Part shown: positions 7,416-16,617 of the stretch, piece after piece
Numbering within the stretch: position 1 is the first letter of the stretch
Layout: each line of letters opens with the position of its first letter
IMG/VR virus record: IMGVR_UViG_3300030397_000540
Coordinates: 1 to 46,715 of that record
Length of the DNA stretch: 46,715 nucleotides
Reading direction: 5' to 3' (one strand)
DNA from: a virus
Lineage: Duplodnaviria; Caudoviricetes
Notes under the pieces: generated by a model
What the model was told of the DNA's origin: nothing
Database searches by the model: none
Seen by the model: only the letters and a program-made list of their open reading frames with translations
Made by a program: the position numbers and the translations under genes

Positions 7416-7853
7416 TTATTTTTTCTTAATTGCCGGCAATGCATCCCTGATCAATGACCAGATCATCACGCCGGTTACTTCTTCGATGTTCTCTATGTTA
7501 CTTTTGAATTCCGCGATAACCACCGGTACCGAAAAGATATAGGGCATCGGAATGCTATAGACCACTTCGATACCGCGGCAAGCCAGGAAACCAATCATGT
7601 ACGCGGTCAGCTTCGCACCGGTTCGCCACAATTTTGCAGCTGTAATGTCTTCACCGCGCTTTTTCGCGGCCATTACTCCAGTTATAGAGTCAAAAAATAC
7701 AAGTGCTACCATCAGCCAGATAAAGGACTGAATCGGCAGGACAAAGTAGGACAGCCACCCCCCCAACGTGGCAAAAACCCCCATCCAAAAATCACTTTCG
7801 AATAATCTCATGTTCATGGGCAAATAATTAAAGTACTTTGTTTTTGCTTTCAT
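7416..7853 (-). CDS. Phage holin (Phage_holin_4-like)
   Basis: FDSITGVMAA...ITAAKLWRTGAKL...EFKSNIENI signature. Confidence 0.8.
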   Translation of the reverse strand: MKAKTKYFNYLPMNMRLFESDFWMGVFATLGGWLSYFVLPIQSFIWLMVALVFFDSITGVMAAKKRGEDITAAKLWRTGAKLTAYMIGFLACRGIEVVYSIPMPYIFSVPVVIAEFKSNIENIEEVTGVMIWSLIRDALPAIKKK

Positions 7854-7870
7854 GAAACCTGTACTTTTTC

Positions 7871-8434
7871 CTAATTCAAATCAAAAGCAAACTTTAGCGT
7901 CTTTTCGTGCTGCGCCGGTGTTCGGCCTCCGTGCCAGGGGGGTAGCACTTCGATAAATTTATCTTCGTCGACTTGGAAGCGACTTTCTAGCCGATCGGGC
8001 CATTCTGATAGAATCACAATTCTATAATCGCCGGGCGATAGCCTTTCAATGTAACCATGGTAATCTTTGTCGGGCTTGACCTTACCTATGGACCCATTTT
8101 CCCAATCGTAATTGTTGTTTACATATGGTGTTATCTCAATATTTTCTTCGCCTGGGATCCGGTGACGGAAAGCTATCAAAATGGCTTCCTTGTCATTGCG
8201 ATTGAATAACCATCCGAATAACCCGCGGTACCAGGTAATACCACCCACTTTCAACCATTCCTTTTTCCGATCGCCAAGCGCTTCTATTTGTTCTGCAGAC
8301 AAAATGAAACTCGAACTGATATTAAAAGTGAAATCAATACGATTGAGTTTCTTTGTCTTCCCGATCAGAAAGGACCACGACCATATAGGCGATGAGGCTT
8401 TTTTCCCAGTCTTGAAGGTGTAGGTAGCCATCAT
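7871..8434 (-). CDS. Hypothetical protein in the lysis-cassette position
   Basis: 187-aa Trp/Gly-rich ORF coupled to the upstream gene. Confidence 0.7.
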   Translation of the reverse strand: MMATYTFKTGKKASSPIWSWSFLIGKTKKLNRIDFTFNISSSFILSAEQIEALGDRKKEWLKVGGITWYRGLFGWLFNRNDKEAILIAFRHRIPGEENIEITPYVNNNYDWENGSIGKVKPDKDYHGYIERLSPGDYRIVILSEWPDRLESRFQVDEDKFIEVLPPWHGGRTPAQHEKTLKFAFDLN

Positions 8435-9270
8435 TCAATCTTGAAAGTGTTAATCAAAATTCGCGGCTTAACGTGATTGATATACATATCCATTATGTAT
8501 TTCGAAATTTCCAAATAACCTCCATAATCATAATGAAGCTGATCACCGCTTAAGGTAAAATTGCTCGGCTCAGTATCGAGGTAGTAGACATCTTTCGCAG
8601 TAGCTGCAATGTTCTTTTGGGCTGTTACGATGTTGTTAATATAAGGGTAAGAACCTATAGGAATGTTTGGATTCGTCCCGATTATAATAACCGGAATATC
8701 ATAACCCAAAGCTGCCCTTAAGTCGCTTAACATTGAATTGAAATCCGCTTCCCACTGTAGGCTGTTTGCCTCGGTATCCCCTGCCTCCGCTTCGCCCTGG
8801 CACCAAATCGCCACACTGGCGGGCCAGAATATTTCGGAATTAGTATACCGTGTATACATGGTATCTATCATTAATTTTAGGTCTGAGCCGCCGCCAAACC
8901 AAAAGATGCTACTTGCATACGGGACAAGCGCCGTTCCGCCCCGGGTGCATTTCCAGACGACGTATTCGAGCGAATCCTGATCATGCTGTTCCAGCATTTT
9001 ACCAAAGAAAATGTCAATGCCGGTCATTTCTTCCTGCCCCGCCTTAACCGCTACAGAAAAGTTGTTACCCGGATCGAGCGGAACAATCTGATTTATTTCA
9101 TCATCATACCCCAGGGTCGTAGTAGCTTGAAAGTAGTTTTCTACATTATAGTCCACTGAATCCAATCGCCCGTCCGCGTTGGACTGCCCCAGCAGGAAAA
9201 TAGGAACATGCTTTTGCCCGTTGGCACTCAGCCCGGCCAGCATCACTAAGACAAATAAGATATTCTTCAT
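8431..9270 (-). CDS. SGNH/SASA sialate O-acetylesterase-like protein with a signal peptide
   Basis: GQSN, GGT, WCQGE and DQLHY catalytic blocks; N-terminal MKNILFVLVMLAGLSANG-Q. Confidence 0.85.
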   Translation of the reverse strand: MKNILFVLVMLAGLSANGQKHVPIFLLGQSNADGRLDSVDYNVENYFQATTTLGYDDEINQIVPLDPGNNFSVAVKAGQEEMTGIDIFFGKMLEQHDQDSLEYVVWKCTRGGTALVPYASSIFWFGGGSDLKLMIDTMYTRYTNSEIFWPASVAIWCQGEAEAGDTEANSLQWEADFNSMLSDLRAALGYDIPVIIIGTNPNIPIGSYPYINNIVTAQKNIAATAKDVYYLDTEPSNFTLSGDQLHYDYGGYLEISKYIMDMYINHVKPRILINTFKIE

Positions 9271-10769
9271 TAGTTTAATTTTTGGATTAGGTCATTAATG
9301 GCGGCGTTTATTCTGGAAACCTCCGTTGCGGTGAACTCTGTAGCAACGTAAAAGACATACATTGAATGTTGAATCGGATCTACTGCAGACCCGTTATTCA
9401 GTGCGTGCACATACCAATCTCCGCCAGCTGGTGCCGCCGATGTAGTAGATTGCGTAGTCACTGAGGTTCCATTCTGATACAGTTCAACCGTACTTGCGTC
9501 ATTCCTTTGAAAATGGAAATAACTGGCTCCCGGGGTGATGGCGATCGCAGACGTTTCACCACCGTTTACGATAAATTTGACGTTGTTTCCACCTCCTGTT
9601 TTTTCGACCCTAGAACTACTTTGGCGGCCCATGTAGAATTCACGCCCGGGCGCATCAGTTTGGGGTACATAAAACCCATAACTCGCACTATCCCGCTGGA
9701 AATGCGTTGCATCTGCGGACGCATCCCAATTGCTATCAATGTATCCGGTCCCATCCTGTGGAACCCAGCCAAGAAGGGGATTCCATATGATATTGCCTTC
9801 TGCTGTTGCTACATCCTGGGTTGTGTCTACCAAGTTGATTAAGGAAAATGCACCGCCAGGCGAGTCACCCAGGTAGATATACAGCAAGTCCATTTTAGCC
9901 AAAGTCGTATCGTGGAGATCATTCATGAAATCGCTGTGCGCATCCTGTGTGTACTTACAGGGTAGTCCGATAGAGTTGTTTTGTGCGTAAGTCAACGCAT
10001 CCAGATAGTATGAATTACCTGTATCTATCGGCGTTTCAGTGGAAATTGAAGAGGGTATATAGGAAAGTACTTTTTGCGCGTCTCCATCTACATAAAAGGT
10101 AGCTGCGAAATTCCCCTCTGATATATCGTAAAAAGGGCATGACTGATCACCAAAGGGAGCCTTCATTGAATTCGGAAGCTGGAACCCACCACCATTATCC
10201 GAAATGTCTAAATAATAGACAGTGTTGTTTAACAGATTGTCAAATGTGACAACGTGGTTGGAATCTCCCTGTAGGTCATATTGATAGATATTACCTCGAC
10301 TAAAATCAAAAGTATCTGAAGTTGCCGCGGCAACTCTCGTAATTCTTGCCGTATCTGCATTGAGAAAGTTACCTTCCGGAACAAAAATTATCTGTCCATC
10401 CTGGAAAATCATTTTACTTGATTCCCGCGTCTGATTCAAAAAATAATGCGTGGTGTCCGTATCGCGGATAACTGTTATCGTATCCTCATTGAATTGAATA
10501 TCGAAGTTAGTTCCGCCGGTAACTTCGAATTTTTTCCAACTCGCGGTAGTAGGTTTATAATACCAATGTTCATCCAGACTTTGCACCCAAACCAAATGCC
10601 CCGGGTTTGGGAATGCCACCGCGGAAGTATCAGATAGATTAAGCAAAGTGTCCCGGGTGTCAATGGGCGCCGCTGTATTTACCTCAAAATTGGTATTGAC
10701 AGTAATTTGCCCCCAACATAAAAGCGGAATTGCAGCAATCAGTATGGATAATATACGTCTCATGATCAT
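9270..10769 (-). CDS. Tail fibre or adhesin-like protein with a beta-sandwich (LamG-like) C-terminus and a signal peptide
   Basis: APIDTR motif, Thr/Asp-rich, VELYQNG; N-terminal MRRILSILIAAIPLLCWG-Q. Confidence 0.55.
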   Translation of the reverse strand: MIMRRILSILIAAIPLLCWGQITVNTNFEVNTAAPIDTRDTLLNLSDTSAVAFPNPGHLVWVQSLDEHWYYKPTTASWKKFEVTGGTNFDIQFNEDTITVIRDTDTTHYFLNQTRESSKMIFQDGQIIFVPEGNFLNADTARITRVAAATSDTFDFSRGNIYQYDLQGDSNHVVTFDNLLNNTVYYLDISDNGGGFQLPNSMKAPFGDQSCPFYDISEGNFAATFYVDGDAQKVLSYIPSSISTETPIDTGNSYYLDALTYAQNNSIGLPCKYTQDAHSDFMNDLHDTTLAKMDLLYIYLGDSPGGAFSLINLVDTTQDVATAEGNIIWNPLLGWVPQDGTGYIDSNWDASADATHFQRDSASYGFYVPQTDAPGREFYMGRQSSSRVEKTGGGNNVKFIVNGGETSAIAITPGASYFHFQRNDASTVELYQNGTSVTTQSTTSAAPAGGDWYVHALNNGSAVDPIQHSMYVFYVATEFTATEVSRINAAINDLIQKLN

Positions 10770-12580
10770 CTGATAAATTGATAGTCAAAACCACTTGCTG
10801 TAGTGGTACTATTGAGCTTATAAAGCCGATAAAAAACACCTGTCCAATTGTTCGTTAATCCAGTTGAACCAACCGTTATGGTAAATTCGGTGAAACTGGA
10901 AGTCACATCAAATCCGTTATGATCAAGGATTTGACTAAGATTATTGTCGGCCCAGTTTACCGGAAAAGCGTAGTACATGAATTCGTTTGTGCCGGTAAAA
11001 GTGACGGTTTTGTCTCCTTCGTCTTCAACTAGCTTGGTCAGGACCGTGTATGGATCTCCGGTAGAACTCAGGTCGGTTGCACTCATTCCGTAAAACACCG
11101 GGTAAATCCCCTTAATGCTTCTGGTTGTGCTGGTTGCGGTTCCGGATTCATCCCCGGAATAATCTTGCTCCGCCTGGAAGGAATAATCCAATTCGGTATA
11201 GTCGCCGCTTGGCGTTTGATTCGGTGCAAAGGTGATCGGCTGGGAATAAGTCGTTGCGGCAGCAAAGGAATTAATCGATGTAGAGGGCCCCGGGACGGTC
11301 CTATTTAAATTACCATTCGACAAAGTAGATCCGCCGGAATTCGTTGTAGATCCGGAAAGGGTAATTGCATTACTTGTACCCACTTCATAGACCGTTGTCG
11401 ACGGGCTCAAACCAAGCGAGATTGTAGGCGCCGAAAAGTACCAGTATTCCAAAAAGTCATTTACTGTTGATCCCCCTATATTGACGCCAACGGTCGGCAC
11501 CCTCAGTATAGGGCGATTAGAATCAAAAGCATTTGATCCCCCGCCTCCGCTACTACTTGCGCCTCCTGTTCTGCTGGTGCCCACATTTACATAAATATAT
11601 TCTCCCAGCTGCCGGAATAGTCGGACACTATCGGAATCAGGGGTAAGGCTTACGGTATTGGCTGGGGATGGATCAGGTACGTAGTAATATTGACCATCGG
11701 CTAAAGTGGGCCAGTCAATAAATAGATCTTTCGGGTATCGCCCACCGGTGGCAACAATATTCCATTCTTCACCACAGGACACACAGGCCGACGTAGATAA
11801 AAACATGTGAGTCGGGAAAGTATCGCTTTTAGCGAAGGCGAAAGTGCCATCCGTTTCTAAGTATGCCCCCTTCCCTGGGGATGCAGTTATCAAATTACGG
11901 GATAAGATCAATTCCCCGCCTACGTGATCCCATGTAGTATCCTGGTGATTGAATGTAAATACCAGATTCGTGCTATCTATTTTGAACAACTTGCAATTAG
12001 ACTGATAAGGCGAAGTGAGCATTTCTTCCAGGCTACCGACACATATTTCAGAACTCGCACCGGAATTTTCAATGATGCAGCTGTCAATTCGAGCCAGGTT
12101 ATAGGCATTGGCGTAAGCCATAATTGCCGGGGAAAGGCTATTCGTTTCGACCGATTGCACCGGTATTAGGCCGCATTGATTAGTAGGCTTAGAAACTAAC
12201 ACGGTACCGGTAGGTAGAATCAAAGTACTGGTGCTGAATACATCGGTCAATTGCTTGATTTCCACATTGGCGTTCCATCCGGTACTATCCAGGAAAACCG
12301 ATGAAACGGTTGATATTTCGTAGATGTATCCGGAACCGGTGACAATAGTCATTCCGGCTTGTACTCCAGACAGGTTAAAAAGGTAACTACTTGTGATATT
12401 GTTCCCATTCGTCAGCGTACCGGTCATATCCGAACCACCGCCAATAGAAAAGCTAGTTGCATCCGCCTTTAGCATGAAATTGGCGTAGATCTCCAGTACA
12501 TTTGAGTTATCGGCATCACCGGATTGACCATATATCAGGACCGGCAGCAAAAACAGTATCAGTAATTTGAAATTCTTCAT
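10766..12580 (-). CDS. Fibre or adhesin-like structural protein with a signal peptide, 604 aa
   Basis: Ser/Thr/Gly-rich; YPVFYG and YYAFP motifs; N-terminal MKNFKLLILFLLPVLIYG-Q. Confidence 0.55.
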   Translation of the reverse strand: MKNFKLLILFLLPVLIYGQSGDADNSNVLEIYANFMLKADATSFSIGGGSDMTGTLTNGNNITSSYLFNLSGVQAGMTIVTGSGYIYEISTVSSVFLDSTGWNANVEIKQLTDVFSTSTLILPTGTVLVSKPTNQCGLIPVQSVETNSLSPAIMAYANAYNLARIDSCIIENSGASSEICVGSLEEMLTSPYQSNCKLFKIDSTNLVFTFNHQDTTWDHVGGELILSRNLITASPGKGAYLETDGTFAFAKSDTFPTHMFLSTSACVSCGEEWNIVATGGRYPKDLFIDWPTLADGQYYYVPDPSPANTVSLTPDSDSVRLFRQLGEYIYVNVGTSRTGGASSSGGGGSNAFDSNRPILRVPTVGVNIGGSTVNDFLEYWYFSAPTISLGLSPSTTVYEVGTSNAITLSGSTTNSGGSTLSNGNLNRTVPGPSTSINSFAAATTYSQPITFAPNQTPSGDYTELDYSFQAEQDYSGDESGTATSTTRSIKGIYPVFYGMSATDLSSTGDPYTVLTKLVEDEGDKTVTFTGTNEFMYYAFPVNWADNNLSQILDHNGFDVTSSFTEFTITVGSTGLTNNWTGVFYRLYKLNSTTTASGFDYQFIR

Positions 12581-12581
12581 G

Positions 12582-13145
12582 CTAGTGCTTTTGTGAAAGG
12601 TTGCTAATGACCACCGGGCTTCCATCGGTCATAGTGTTCGCCGATGTAATAGTCAGGGTAAGCACCCCTGCTGCCCAGGCATGTTGCAATTGGAGCCCGC
12701 CTGATATTGGCGATCCGATCAGTGTTTTGGTGTAATTGTTACCGATATCATAATAGGCGCCATCGGCTTTACTTCCATTCAGCGAATTGGTGTTACCGCC
12801 GTTGTTGGCCGTATTGATGGAGATGATTGTACTACCGCCGCCGGTGACATTGATTGTCCCGCCCGTTTCATTATGCACAAACTCAATGACCGCGATGTCA
12901 TCCCCGGCCGGCACAACAAAAAGGTAATCCCCGGCTCCGTTTTTAGTGTAGCCGGTTGCAAACGGATCATACGTGGCATAAACCCGGAAATCATCGCCAC
13001 CTTCATACCATGCAAATGGCTTTAGTCCTGTGGTTTCATTACAGAGATTCCGGACTTCGACTAATGCCGCTTCCAGTTGCGCACAGGTAAGGCTACCGCC
13101 TGATTCACTGGGTAAAACTATATTTGAACATTCTGCCATAGTCAA
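12582..13145 (-). CDS. Putative structural protein
   Basis: Gly/Thr/Asn-rich, in the late operon. Confidence 0.6.
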   Translation of the reverse strand: MTMAECSNIVLPSESGGSLTCAQLEAALVEVRNLCNETTGLKPFAWYEGGDDFRVYATYDPFATGYTKNGAGDYLFVVPAGDDIAVIEFVHNETGGTINVTGGGSTIISINTANNGGNTNSLNGSKADGAYYDIGNNYTKTLIGSPISGGLQLQHAWAAGVLTLTITSANTMTDGSPVVISNLSQKH

Positions 13146-13423
13146 TAATTAGGTTCGCACAAATGCAATTGTATTTCTATAGTCATCGGGCAGCCTGATC
13201 CATCGTCGAATAGGGTACCGTCCGGCTGTACTAAATCAAATTGGAATACCCCTGATTCGGGGAATATATTTGGGATTGTGAAAGTGTTTTCAATAATTCC
13301 GACTATAAGGGCCGTCCGGGTACCGCCATTGATGTAGGCCCGCAGCTCATGGTTGCCATTCTGTGTAGGATGGGCGATTATATCAAAGGAAGTGGCACTA
13401 TGTAGAAATTCACCCTGTTTCAT
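13142..13423 (-). CDS. Hypothetical late protein
   Basis: Coupled ORF with ATGA overlaps. Confidence 0.65.
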   Translation of the reverse strand: MKQGEFLHSATSFDIIAHPTQNGNHELRAYINGGTRTALIVGIIENTFTIPNIFPESGVFQFDLVQPDGTLFDDGSGCPMTIEIQLHLCEPNY

Positions 13424-13860
13424 CGGTATATTTTAGTGATCAGGAAATTGGCGATGGGTACCGAAAGGCACTCAATCAAAAGCACGTCAACCAGGGCCAA
13501 AGGCGTCACGTAGTTCATTACATATATGCTCAAAAGAACTACTATGATAGTTGTCACCCGGAACCCCAAACACATAGCACATATCCAGCCGGTGAATGAT
13601 TTACCGTAAGTAGCCAATGCCCAATAAAACTCAACTGATTTTTCGATACGATCCGGGAAGTGATCAATAGATTTTATCCTACTCCATTCCTCTTCTAACT
13701 CTTTATTTTGGGTCTTCTTTACAATCCGATCAGCCATTCCCTTGCGGATAAATCCAAGCAAATGCCCGTAATCCATGGCACTATCGATCATTTGAGTGGC
13801 CAAGGCCCCAGTGATTGCCGAAACGATTGTTATTACTGCTATGATCCAAAGTATTTCCAT
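13420..13860 (-). CDS. Membrane protein with a CxxC motif in the late operon
   Basis: About three hydrophobic segments; WICAMCLG. Confidence 0.65.
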   Translation of the reverse strand: MEILWIIAVITIVSAITGALATQMIDSAMDYGHLLGFIRKGMADRIVKKTQNKELEEEWSRIKSIDHFPDRIEKSVEFYWALATYGKSFTGWICAMCLGFRVTTIIVVLLSIYVMNYVTPLALVDVLLIECLSVPIANFLITKIYR

Positions 13861-13862
13861 TG

Positions 13863-14468
13863 TCAGTTATGTTCTACACAGTCACCGGCTATACAGTCCA
13901 CACATGACCCCTCAATCGGGTTTGTTGTGCCATCCGATGCCGGATTGGATGAGGATTTTTCGCCCTGTGCAACCGGTATGTTTTCGCCCTCCGGACCGCA
14001 TGGCGGATTGGCGCATAATTGAATACACCGACTACTGCAGGAGACCGGCACGCTTACCTCGAAAATGATTCGTATGATCGTTGCATCTTTTTGTAATTGT
14101 TCTTCAGTCTCTTCAAAATAAATTCGCTCCGACTGATCGGTTGCTAATTGAATCAGACAACACGGAGTATTGTACACCGCATTCATGCAGAATTCCAGCA
14201 ATGTTGCTTTCGAGCAATCCGAACACCAAGCAATTAACTTGAATTGCTGTTTCATGAAATCATGGGATCCAGGGCCCAACCCCGGAATGAAAATGGCGTC
14301 GGCTAAAATCGGCTCGATAAATGCATAATTGGCGATCGTATCCGTAAGGCCTTGAAATTCGCTTTCGATGAACGGGTCATAGATATAGATGTAGTCCGGG
14401 AAAAGCTGATTGTTCACCCGGAGACTCTCTCGTAACTTCATCAATACCGTTCTAATCGATTTTGTCAT
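13863..14468 (-). CDS. Putative tail-completion or neck protein, Cys-rich
   Basis: Position and size. Confidence 0.45.
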   Translation of the reverse strand: MTKSIRTVLMKLRESLRVNNQLFPDYIYIYDPFIESEFQGLTDTIANYAFIEPILADAIFIPGLGPGSHDFMKQQFKLIAWCSDCSKATLLEFCMNAVYNTPCCLIQLATDQSERIYFEETEEQLQKDATIIRIIFEVSVPVSCSSRCIQLCANPPCGPEGENIPVAQGEKSSSNPASDGTTNPIEGSCVDCIAGDCVEHN

Positions 14469-14926
14469 TTCAATATGTCTTCTAAGAGCTCATCCGTATA
14501 GATTTCGACAACATTGTCTTCTTCCTGTTTACTCATTCCCCAAATGTCCTGCCTGGTCTGTGCCTGTTGCCCATTAGCAATGATTCTGAATTTATCCTGG
14601 AAAAAACCGTAAGCGGGTTTTCCCTTAAAAGTCCCGACTCCGTATCCCCGGAGGTTTCTACGGAGGTCTCCCGTGAAATCCAGGTTTTTTATATCGGTTC
14701 TCCGCCCCTTTTGATCTCGTTTCCGGCCATGTTGCAACGAATACCGTCCTGCCGGGAAACGACGCTTTGCAAATGTTCTCAATGGAGAATTATCCGACGC
14801 TAGGCCTTTCTGATGGATACGCTTTTTCTGATCCCTCTCGAGATTTGTTAATGCCAACCAGGCGGCCCGACTGTCAATATTCGGGTCCGATAAACGCACA
14901 ATCATCCGGTCCAGGAATTCGGCCAT
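14465..14926 (-). CDS. Putative neck or virion morphogenesis protein
   Basis: Basic protein with the LDFTGDLRRNL motif typical of the tail-completion family. Confidence 0.55.
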   Translation of the reverse strand: MAEFLDRMIVRLSDPNIDSRAAWLALTNLERDQKKRIHQKGLASDNSPLRTFAKRRFPAGRYSLQHGRKRDQKGRRTDIKNLDFTGDLRRNLRGYGVGTFKGKPAYGFFQDKFRIIANGQQAQTRQDIWGMSKQEEDNVVEIYTDELLEDILK

Positions 14927-15087
14927 TATCTACGACTTCGCCTTGTAAGGGTGCTAGAACGCGAACGCCGGGTAAACGTTCTTTTACTGCCCGAAACACG
15001 AACCGAAGAAGTTGACCGCCTTGTCAAGGATCTTGCTGCAACCGCAGGCTTTGCAACTGCTGTTGTCTTTTTGATGCACCCACACAT
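14926..15087 (-). CDS. Arg/Ser-rich protamine-like protein, 53 aa
   Basis: MCGCIKKTTAVAKPAVAARSLTRRSTSSVRVSGSKRTFTRRSRSSTLTRRSRR fills the gap exactly; its TAA overlaps the next ATG. Confidence 0.75.
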   Translation of the reverse strand: MCGCIKKTTAVAKPAVAARSLTRRSTSSVRVSGSKRTFTRRSRSSTLTRRSRR

Positions 15088-15101
15088 AGTAGAATTTTTG
15101 A

Positions 15102-16181
15102 TTAGTAATAATTATTCACACGGCGATTCCGGTTATACCTTCTGATGGGCCGAACTGTATCGCCAATAATCATCTGAGTCGGAGCAAATACCCGGGAGTG
15201 GCTTGAAGTGGCATTCCTGATCGCTACTTCAACCACCTGAGCCAATAGGCGCCAGTATTCTCCTTTTTCCGGCCGCCCCGTTATTGGTTCGGTGCCGCCG
15301 TACCACATGCGAAGTAAATCGCCCGCTTCTTCCTTGCTGTTTCTCGAATATGGGTTTGCTCGGTCGGAAACCATTACCGCTTGCATGATGTAAGCCCCTG
15401 ACCGATAAAGCAGCGCTGTTGCCAATTCATTTCGGTACTGACAAATCAATTCGTTTGGATCTCCTTTGCAGCTGATCGCCGCGGTAATGCCATTCAAGGA
15501 GTTGGTATAAGAAAAAACCGGTGCCGGACTGTCTTCAGCCGCAATTCCTTTGGCGGAAACGCAATTATTGCAATAACAATGGCAGCTATTGTCGACCCCG
15601 CCCGGTAAATCACTCCAGGAACTGGTATCATAAACCTGAATGCTCGTACTATCATACCACACCCGTAAATTGTGCTCGAAAGACACATCTAATCGAACTC
15701 GATTTACTCCGATTGAAAAATCAATGCCGGTTTTGCTCTGAATTTCCCCGTCGTCGACCTGGTAATAGATAGTTTGACCGGTGCCCGCTGCCGACGCCCG
15801 TAGCTGGATATACTCTACGTACCCGTAGATATATCGATCATGCGGGTCGTAAACTTCGTACTCTGTACCAACCAAGGTATCCGGAGCCGTTAAGACACTC
15901 TTTTGCTGCAATCCGACGATCTCCGACCCAATGAGCTCCTTGAATAACTGCCTAGCCCGGAATAGCTGGAGGAAATCACGAACGACAAATTGCTGAGACA
16001 CCTTGATCGCTTTTCGCAGCAAGGAAGCACCCTTTTGTTCTTCGTGATCGGCGATTTTGGTCGCATTCAGCAGATTAATACCAGGTAAGTCGCTGATATA
16101 GTACAGCGGCAAATCGGTGCTATTTGCCGGCGGTCCATCCGGGCACCAAACCCCAACGGTATTATCCAGGCAATCAGCCAT
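15102..16181 (-). CDS. Putative head-tail adaptor with an inserted beta domain
   Basis: Follows the capsid genes; ISDLPGI N-terminus and helical LATALLYRSG C-terminus. Confidence 0.5.
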   Translation of the reverse strand: MADCLDNTVGVWCPDGPPANSTDLPLYYISDLPGINLLNATKIADHEEQKGASLLRKAIKVSQQFVVRDFLQLFRARQLFKELIGSEIVGLQQKSVLTAPDTLVGTEYEVYDPHDRYIYGYVEYIQLRASAAGTGQTIYYQVDDGEIQSKTGIDFSIGVNRVRLDVSFEHNLRVWYDSTSIQVYDTSSWSDLPGGVDNSCHCYCNNCVSAKGIAAEDSPAPVFSYTNSLNGITAAISCKGDPNELICQYRNELATALLYRSGAYIMQAVMVSDRANPYSRNSKEEAGDLLRMWYGGTEPITGRPEKGEYWRLLAQVVEVAIRNATSSHSRVFAPTQMIIGDTVRPIRRYNRNRRVNNYY

Positions 16182-16540
16182 TACTGATACTCGACTTGAA
16201 AGTTTACCGCGTACACTTCATTTCCTTCCAAATATTGATTTGATTCATCCCTGGTACGCTTGGAATTAGTGAGAATGCAAATCATATTGATCGTTTGGGC
16301 CGTGTCCAGTTTCAGTACATTCGGAACATAAGTTCCAGAAATGTAAGTGCCCAAAGCAGCGATCAAGGCGGTAAAAGCGGTTGTATCACTGGCCGGGTCA
16401 TCGATCGCAGCGGCCGCTAATTGAGTCGTGCCGTTGATTCGGATGGTATCACCGGTAAAAGTGATGGTAGTGGCCGGAATAGTAGCACCAGACGGAACAA
16501 AAACCCCGCTTCGACTGGTAGTTTCTAATGTTAAAGCCAT
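16181..16540 (-). CDS. Putative head decoration or structural protein
   Basis: Small Thr/Ala-rich protein after the capsid gene. Confidence 0.45.
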   Translation of the reverse strand: MALTLETTSRSGVFVPSGATIPATTITFTGDTIRINGTTQLAAAAIDDPASDTTAFTALIAALGTYISGTYVPNVLKLDTAQTINMICILTNSKRTRDESNQYLEGNEVYAVNFQVEYQ

Positions 16541-16617
16541 GTTTTAAGAGTTAAAGAGGGCGGGAAGGTATTACCCTTCCCGTACCCGCCATATGATTAG
16601 AAAAACCAACGTCGTTA

